Assembly: GCA_004431415.1 (NCBI GenBank)
Contig: QPMI01000087.1
Location: 1-64,000 of the forward strand
Source: Cyanophora paradoxa CCMP329
Lineage: Eukaryota; Plantae; Glaucophyta
Direction: 5' to 3'
Length of the DNA: 64,000 nucleotides
The notes under the pieces were generated by a model. That model saw only the letters and a program-made list of their open reading frames with translations, was not told the DNA's origin and did no database searches. The translations under genes and the position numbers were made by a program. Below are positions 57,601-64,000 of the stretch, piece after piece (within the stretch, counting starts at the first letter, position 1; every line of letters starts with the position of its first letter).

Positions 57601-60600
57601 ATGAGCGCCGGGCCGCGTTCATCGGACGCTGCAGCAGTAATGCCGGCAGCCGTCGTCTACACTGCTGCAGGAGTCTCGCAGCGAGCGCAGGACGACGACC
57701 GCTCGCCCTTTCTCGCGAGCATGCGCATGGCCAATATCGATCTGGGCCAGGCCATGGGCAATATCGAGAGCTTCTTCTTGACGTCAACATCTGTGCGGGT
57801 TCCGGGCCGCTCTGCGGAGCCGGAGGCCTCTGACGAGGAGCCGGACGATGGAGATGATGACGACGGAGACCGGCAAGACGGCGCAGACGAAACGGACAAG
57901 CATCGACAGCTGCACAAGGCGGCCGAGGACGGGAACCTTGATCTTGTGAAGTGAGCCGATTAAATGTTCGATGAACGCTAGCTATAGCTCTTCGATCTAA
58001 TTTATGATCGTTTTGAATTCGCGATGGACCAATTTGACCTTTTCGCCTGTGCTCGTGCAGAACTATCCTGGATGAAGCAAGCGTACGCAAATCTCAAGAT
58101 AATACCCCGATGGATCAAGTTTATGCGAAGGATCCTCTGCCTGGGGGCCGAGACAGCGAGTGGACCGCGCTTCACTACGCAGCCTCGGGGGGTCATGCGC
58201 CAATCATCGAGTGCGCATGCATGCGCATACGCATATGCATGTCGGTCTTAAGCCTCGTAATGGGTCTAATCATGGTCCGGCCTGGACCGCGGGTTCTGCA
58301 GGGTGTTGCTGGGTCACGGTGCTGATGTGGATAAGAAGAATGCGGATGGTCAAACAGCTCTACATTTGGCAGCGCGGGGGGCTGGAGCGGCTCAGGATAA
58401 AATGGCGCTCAGGTGCATTTGCATTCGTATCTAGACGTTCTCTAGCTATAGTCCACCTCGATATCGATGCCTTGCAGCAACGTTAAAACGTTAACGGTAA
58501 CACACAAATATCTATGTTTCTCGAATTCTCAGGCTTTTGATCGAGACATACGACGCAAGCGGCGATGATAACCAAGTGAAGAATATCGTCAAAGACGAGA
58601 GCCGGTGGGCCGGTGGGAAGCATGTCAAACTCCTCCGGTCTCCACTCCGGATCCCTCCTGCGCGCTTTGCCGCGTGTGACCTCCAAACAGAATGCTTATT
58701 CTCAACGGGGCCTATGTCCGCTCACTGGATAAGTTGAAATTGCCTCCAGTAGCTCATGCTATTGAGAATTTCCAGTGGAGCAATCTTGATGCGATCCTGA
58801 AAGAAGATGATATCAAAATCTCCCTTGAATTTTCCTTTCCTGTCTGCCAGTCAGCGACCAAGATGGCAACTACCCAAGACGTGGATCTTGGTGCTGTGGT
58901 GGATTACTTCGCATACGGAAAACCGCTTGTCTCGATGCTCTTGGTAAAGATTTTCAAGGTAAATGCAACAATATTTTCATTGAAGAGCGTGTGCTATCGC
59001 CCGCGCTTTCGCACGGCCTCGAGAGCAAAACCCGTTCTCAGGACGCCGCTGCAACGGACTCTACGCACGCTTCAATTCTGCTGGAACGCAAGCAAGACGC
59101 AGAAGACCTTACAATCCAACTGTTGGACGCGTTGGAGGCCAAATGGAGCGTGCTGTTAGACCCCCCAGTCACCGGTTCAAAGAAGCTTGGCCGCGCTGCA
59201 AAAAAGCATCGCAGGAGCGCCATCGACAACTGCATCCAGGTGAACTTTTATCCTGAAGTGGGGGCACACTCATCTATTGTAATCTTGCCATTCTTGCAGA
59301 CATTGGATTACGAAGTATCTTTAGTGGGCTTGAAAGACCGTACCAGTTTTCTGGAGCTTGCCGTTGAGCTTGATCAGCAGCAAGTTATGGTAACAATCTG
59401 CGCTCGTGATCGCGATCGGCAGTTTCAATCTGCGAGCTCAAAAATATATAATGCGGCTGCGTGCAGGCGCATCCTTTTGTCCGTCGTTACATCAACAAAC
59501 TGTGGAATCCATCAGACAGCTCCTTTTGGAGCAATTTAAATCTATTTTCCGTTTTTATGCCACGACGCCTGGTCGACAGTCACGGGGTTTCTAATCAATA
59601 CGCAAAGGTCTGATCTTGGAAGAAAGCTGTTTTATAAATAATAGCCACAGCCGATCTGATGCGCTACAATTGCTCTGCGCAGGAGGTTGTTTGCTACTTA
59701 ATTTTTCTTGCACTCTACGCAGCTGGTAAAATGCCTTGACTTTATGCATATAACTTCTTGTTTCCGAATTCGAATTGAAGCTGAAATTATATATGTACCT
59801 CATACATTTATACCAGCTATGATCGTCGGTCTGGAGGCTGGACGGTCTACAGATGCGATTCTGTGGTGCTTGCTTATTCACGACGTCGCCATGCTTATCT
59901 ACGAAATGCAACAGGTCAAAATTCGAATGCGCGCGTGCAATCTGCCAATGGCTACTCCTTCTGACACCAATACATTCATCCCCATTTCTCAGATTATGAA
60001 CTTCAAGTGGCACGAGTATTTCAGCGACGTGTTCAATCTACTTGACTTTCTCCTTTACATAATATCCTTTTTTATTGCAATTTTACTCCGCGGTTTATGG
60101 ATATCTTTCTTCTTTGACATACTCGATGGTTACGCTGTTCTTGTGTTATCAATTCTTTGCCTTCTCCGGAAGGGAACTGCTCTCGCGATCTTGTCGATTC
60201 GTAAGCAATTTCAAAAATTATTGTCACGCACTCGCTCAAATCTTTGTGTCTTCTATTTGCCATTGATCCCCTGCTGTCGCAATTGATGCGATACCGGTGA
60301 TTTCCAGTCTTTGCTCCAGCCTGTCTTCGCTTCCTCGAATTCGCGTCCATCCAGGAAGACCTGGGGCCCATTCTCATTGTGCTCGGCAAGGCGCGCTCTC
60401 GTAATCCGAATCTGGAGCTTCCCTCGGCTATGCTTATTTAAATTCGGAGCCAGATGTTTAAGAATGTGGGCTCGATTGCCATCATAATTGCCCTGGTGCT
60501 AGCAAGTTTCTGTGTTTCGATGGTCGGCTGGTCCAGCGCAATCGGCTCGGAGCTCGACCCGAAAGACCTGAGTTTCCTGGAGACAGCGTGCGCGCATATG

Positions 60601-61958
60601 CAGCTTATGTTCTAATCTAGATCTCTGAATAGGTGGCGCTCACACATGTAATCTTGCTCAGAGAGATTCTCTACCTAGCAGTCATTGGAGAAACGGATTA
60701 TGAGGCTTTCGCAACTCGAGTCCCTTACATCGGTGAGAATTTGTTGTCGTGCGCATGCTGCGGACCAGCTTGCAATAGCAAACTTTAACAAACAAAACCT
60801 TTCACGTGTGCCTGGAGCAGGGAAGTACGCTTTGTCCGTCTTCCAGATCTTCACCGTGGTGATCATGCTTAATGTACTTACGGGTCTTTTTAGGTACGAT
60901 GGATGGAATCGGCATATAGCTGTAGCTGCGCGATGGCTATTAGCTAGCGCTGACTGATCGCGATCGTACGACACAGCTTTTCGTTCACATCGGTGTTCGA
61001 AAAATCTCGTCTTACAAACGCTTTTGGAGTTTCCAAGGTTCGATTTCGCGTTGGAGCGATGCCTGAATAATAAGTACTTTATTTAATAATAAGTACTTTT
61101 GTCTGCAGCTCATTCTACGGTACCACCGGGAGATCTCGGATGAGGACCTGCAGGTTGCACCTCCGCTGAATCTCCTTTATTTCTGCTGCATCACTCGGTG
61201 CTTCTACTACCCCGTTGCGTTCTTTGTGGGGTGCGCCTGGGCGATCTTCTTCGTGCCTTTCGCCATCCTTGGAGGCATCTTTGCGTGCTTCGGCAACTGC
61301 ATGGGGTCGTGCACCGCCGGCGAGTTGTACACGCGGAAGGCGTTCGTGCTTCCGAGTTATAGGGGCCACAAGAACGAGGCCTCGATGTGGACGAAGGCGA
61401 TCGAGGATTGGCGCAAGGATCGGAAAACGGACTTCTCGCTGGGCACATTTAAGTACACGTACGACGACTCCGCCGAGGCCGACACATCCAAGAAGACACT
61501 CGCATGCTTCCAACCTGACGAGATTGTGGCTTCCAAGCTGCCATCCCGCATAACTTCCGAGAATCTTCCGAAAAACGTCGAAAAACTTCAAAGAGATGTC
61601 GCGCGCGTACGTAGACACTCTTATTATTCGCAAGAACTGTACCACGCGTACGTGTATATATTAAATATAAAATCGACCACTGCATTCGCAGATTCAAGAC
61701 AGATTGAAGTCGATGCAAATTGCATCTTTCGATCTGCAAGGAAAGGTAAGCGTTTGCTTGAAATCTGCTTGCAGGCTGCGCGCGCGTTCAAGCTTTTCAT
61801 CGACCGCGGGCCCGGGGTGCACGTGCCCCTCGCAGATGGGGGTGCAGCTCGCGGCCATTGCTGCCGCCGTTGGCGTGAAGGAGGAGCCGGCATTGCACGC
61901 TGCGCGCGCGCGCGCTGAAGCGGGGCTCATGGCCGCTTTCGCGCGGCGCTTTAAGTAG
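57601..61958 (+). CDS. Ankyrin-repeat TRP-family cation channel, multi-exon
   Basis: Ankyrins (QLHKAAEDGNLDLVK, WTALHYAASGGH, LLGHGADVDKKNADGQTALHLAA), pre-S1 AHPFVRRYINKLW, S3 YFSDVFNLLDF, S4-S5 linker LGPILIVLGKM, pore helix LYLAVIGE, S6 VVIMLNVLTGLF, PPLNLL, C-terminal coiled coil. Confidence 0.88.
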
Positions 61959-62039
61959 CCATAGCGCTAGCTGCTGCCGGCCCCTTCTCGTGACCCGAAG
62001 CCCCTCGAGCTCCTTTTTCGTATTTTATAATGCGAACGC

Positions 62040-63170
62040 TCATTGCGTCACCCCCGTGGCTCAGCGGCTGACGTCAGATAGTTGACCTCACGCGAACTGT
62101 GCTCATGCGCATGGCGGGTATCCGGAGCTTGAGGGGCGGCCCGGCCCGGCGGGGGAGGAACAGATCTTTGGAGGCGGAGGGCGTGGCGGGCCGGGGACAA
62201 AATTTCTCGATCGGGCCATCGATATCGTGCAAATGGGAGGGGCCGGGGAGGAACGTGTACGGAGGGGTGCGGGATCACGCGCGGGGATCGAGCTCGATTA
62301 CCTAGTGGCCCGGCCGCGATTTTAGCGCCGGGGGTGCAAGGGGGGAACCGGGATCCAATGTCCAATGTCCGGGATTTTAGCGCCGGGGGTGCAAGGGGGG
62401 GTGCAAAGAGTCCTAGTGGCACGCACATGCGCAGAGTCCTCCCCTCGGGGTCGCGCGCGAAGCGCTCGACCCCTCGGCTCGGTCACGCGTGCTCGGCTGC
62501 GGGCAGCGGCACAGCTAGGCAGCGGCGCAAGCGGTTTTGCGGTGCAAGCTCAAGCACGAGTGCCGGGCAGCGTGCTCGGCTGCACTCGGCTGCACATGCG
62601 GGCAGCGGCGCGTGCTCGGTAGGCGGTGCCACGGTGCTGCGGTGCAAGCTTGATGCAGTGGAAAGTAGTCCAGGCGGCACGGGTACCGTGCGGCGTACGC
62701 GGCGCAGTGCGAGGAAGCGGAAATCTAGAGGAGACAGCTAGGGAGAAGTGGTTCCATGCGCATGCAGAACCGCGCAAGGAAGAGCCCGGAGTGAGAGAGA
62801 AGTTGGTTTTCCCCTCGAAAACCACTTTTCGCGAGTTCGAGAGAGCTCTCGCGAGCTCGACTTTGACGCTCGCGATCGAAAGTCGAAGGCTTAATTTAAC
62901 GCGCGGCAGGCGTCAAGGGCCTCAAGGCGAGAGAAAACTGGTCTTCGCCCTCGAAAACCGCTTTTTGCATGGACGGCCGCAGCGACAAACACGTGGCGCA
63001 ACCCAATTTCCACTCATGTTTTTCCCGTGTTGCATACTGGCCCTCGGAAACGGCCTCGTAGAAAAATTTTGGCTGAAGCGAGGGAACGGGAAGCAAGCTG
63101 GGAGAAGCCCTTCGGTCTTCGTCCCCCCTTGCAATTACGTCCATAATATTAATAAGATCAAGTCGGGGAT
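62040..63170. mobile_element. Non-coding segment with paired internal direct repeats; possible non-autonomous DNA transposon
   Basis: GATTTTAGCGCCGGGGGTGCAAGGGGG twice (~62317, ~62373); GAGAGAA...GGT.TTC.CCCTCGAAAACC.CTTTT twice (~62793, ~62929). No termini identified. Confidence 0.4.
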
Positions 63171-64000
63171 CACGGGCGCGGCCGGCCGCGACTAATCGAC
63201 ATGTCGTAGAGCCACTGGACCTCGGCGGCGGCCGCCCCGCCTCTGCCTTCGCCGCCCTGCGTCGCGTCCCGCACCAGCAGCGCCACCTGCGGCACATGTA
63301 CAGCTGAGGCGGGCCGCGGAGGAGGCTCGGGATCGATCGACATCGGCATCGGCGCCGCACCTCGCCGTCGAGGGCGTTGAGGACGGCCTCGAGGGCGCCG
63401 GAGAGCTCGGCGGCCGCGCCGGCCTCCAGCGCCTGCTTGCGCGCGATCGCGAGCAGCGGCCGGCGCAGCGCCGCCGCCGGGTGCATCAGCAGCGCCCGGC
63501 CCGTCAGCGACAGCTGCCTCAGGCACTCCAGCCTGCGAACGACGTCCGGAGTACGCGTGTGAGGCCAGCTAAGAATGCGCATGGCTGGAAGAAGAGCAGT
63601 GCGGAGGGCGGACTCGAGCTTTGCGTCGGGGTCCGAGAGGAGGCACTTCTCGTGTAGCCAGTCGAGGGCGACGGCCTCGGGCCAGTCCAGCACCGTCGTC
63701 GGGTCCCGCCAGTCCGGCGTTGCCGCGCTCGCCGCCGCGGCGTCAGCATCGGAGTCGGCATCGGAGCCAGCGTCGGCGACGGCGACGACGCTGGCAGGGA
63801 TGACCGGGGCGGCGATCGCGAGATCGATATCCAGACGCTGCGCGATGGCAGCTGCGAGCTCGAGGGCGGCCGCGAGAGGCTGCAGCTGGCCATGGGAGGC
63901 GGCGGCTGCAGGGGCGGCCGCGACCGCGAGAGGCTGGGCGGGGGCAGACGAAGGGGCGGCGCCGGCCGGGGACGGATCGGCGGCCTCGCAGGGCTCCACG
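63170..64000 (-). CDS. Partial gene (continues beyond window) with SAM-like motif
   Basis: VLDWPEAVALDWL...LRQLSLTGRALL resembles a SAM domain with an insertion; GT-AG intron ~63286-63360. Confidence 0.45.

Overview
GC-rich eukaryotic nuclear DNA with dense short spliceosomal introns (mostly ~55-90 nt, many GC-AG). Two plastid transit peptides with a Phe near the N-terminus (MAF...FFG; MSGAF) suggest a primary-plastid alga, most likely a glaucophyte (Cyanophora-like); this is inference. Layout: (1) 1-11.4 kb, three head-to-tail ~3.75-kb units, each with an intron-containing internal TCF25/RQC1 fragment, a G-rich ~340-bp minisatellite and a GCGATCGC cluster; (2) an ARF-like GTPase with Arg at the catalytic Gln position; (3) two diverged tandem paralogs of an unknown helical/TPR-like gene, with a short retroposed element between them; (4) plastid-targeted PPDK, an unknown gene and an SLC13/TrkA-C (SAC1/SLT-like) transporter, inside a ~7.4-kb tandem duplication whose junction would splice the transporter N-terminus in frame to PPDK; (5) an RWP-RK factor, a START-like gene and a Tat-type thylakoid-lumen Cys protein; (6) an apparent single gene fusing an FAA-hydrolase domain, one TM helix and a strictosidine-synthase-like propeller, the best novel candidate; (7) a Cys-rich multipass membrane protein, repeat-rich intergenic DNA, an ankyrin-TRP channel and a partial SAM-like gene. 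GTAC is strongly enriched inside gene bodies and non-coding DNA carries many overlapping-palindrome stutters. Repeat copies differ mainly by homopolymer indels, so long-read error or mis-assembly is possible. All gene models were spliced by eye.
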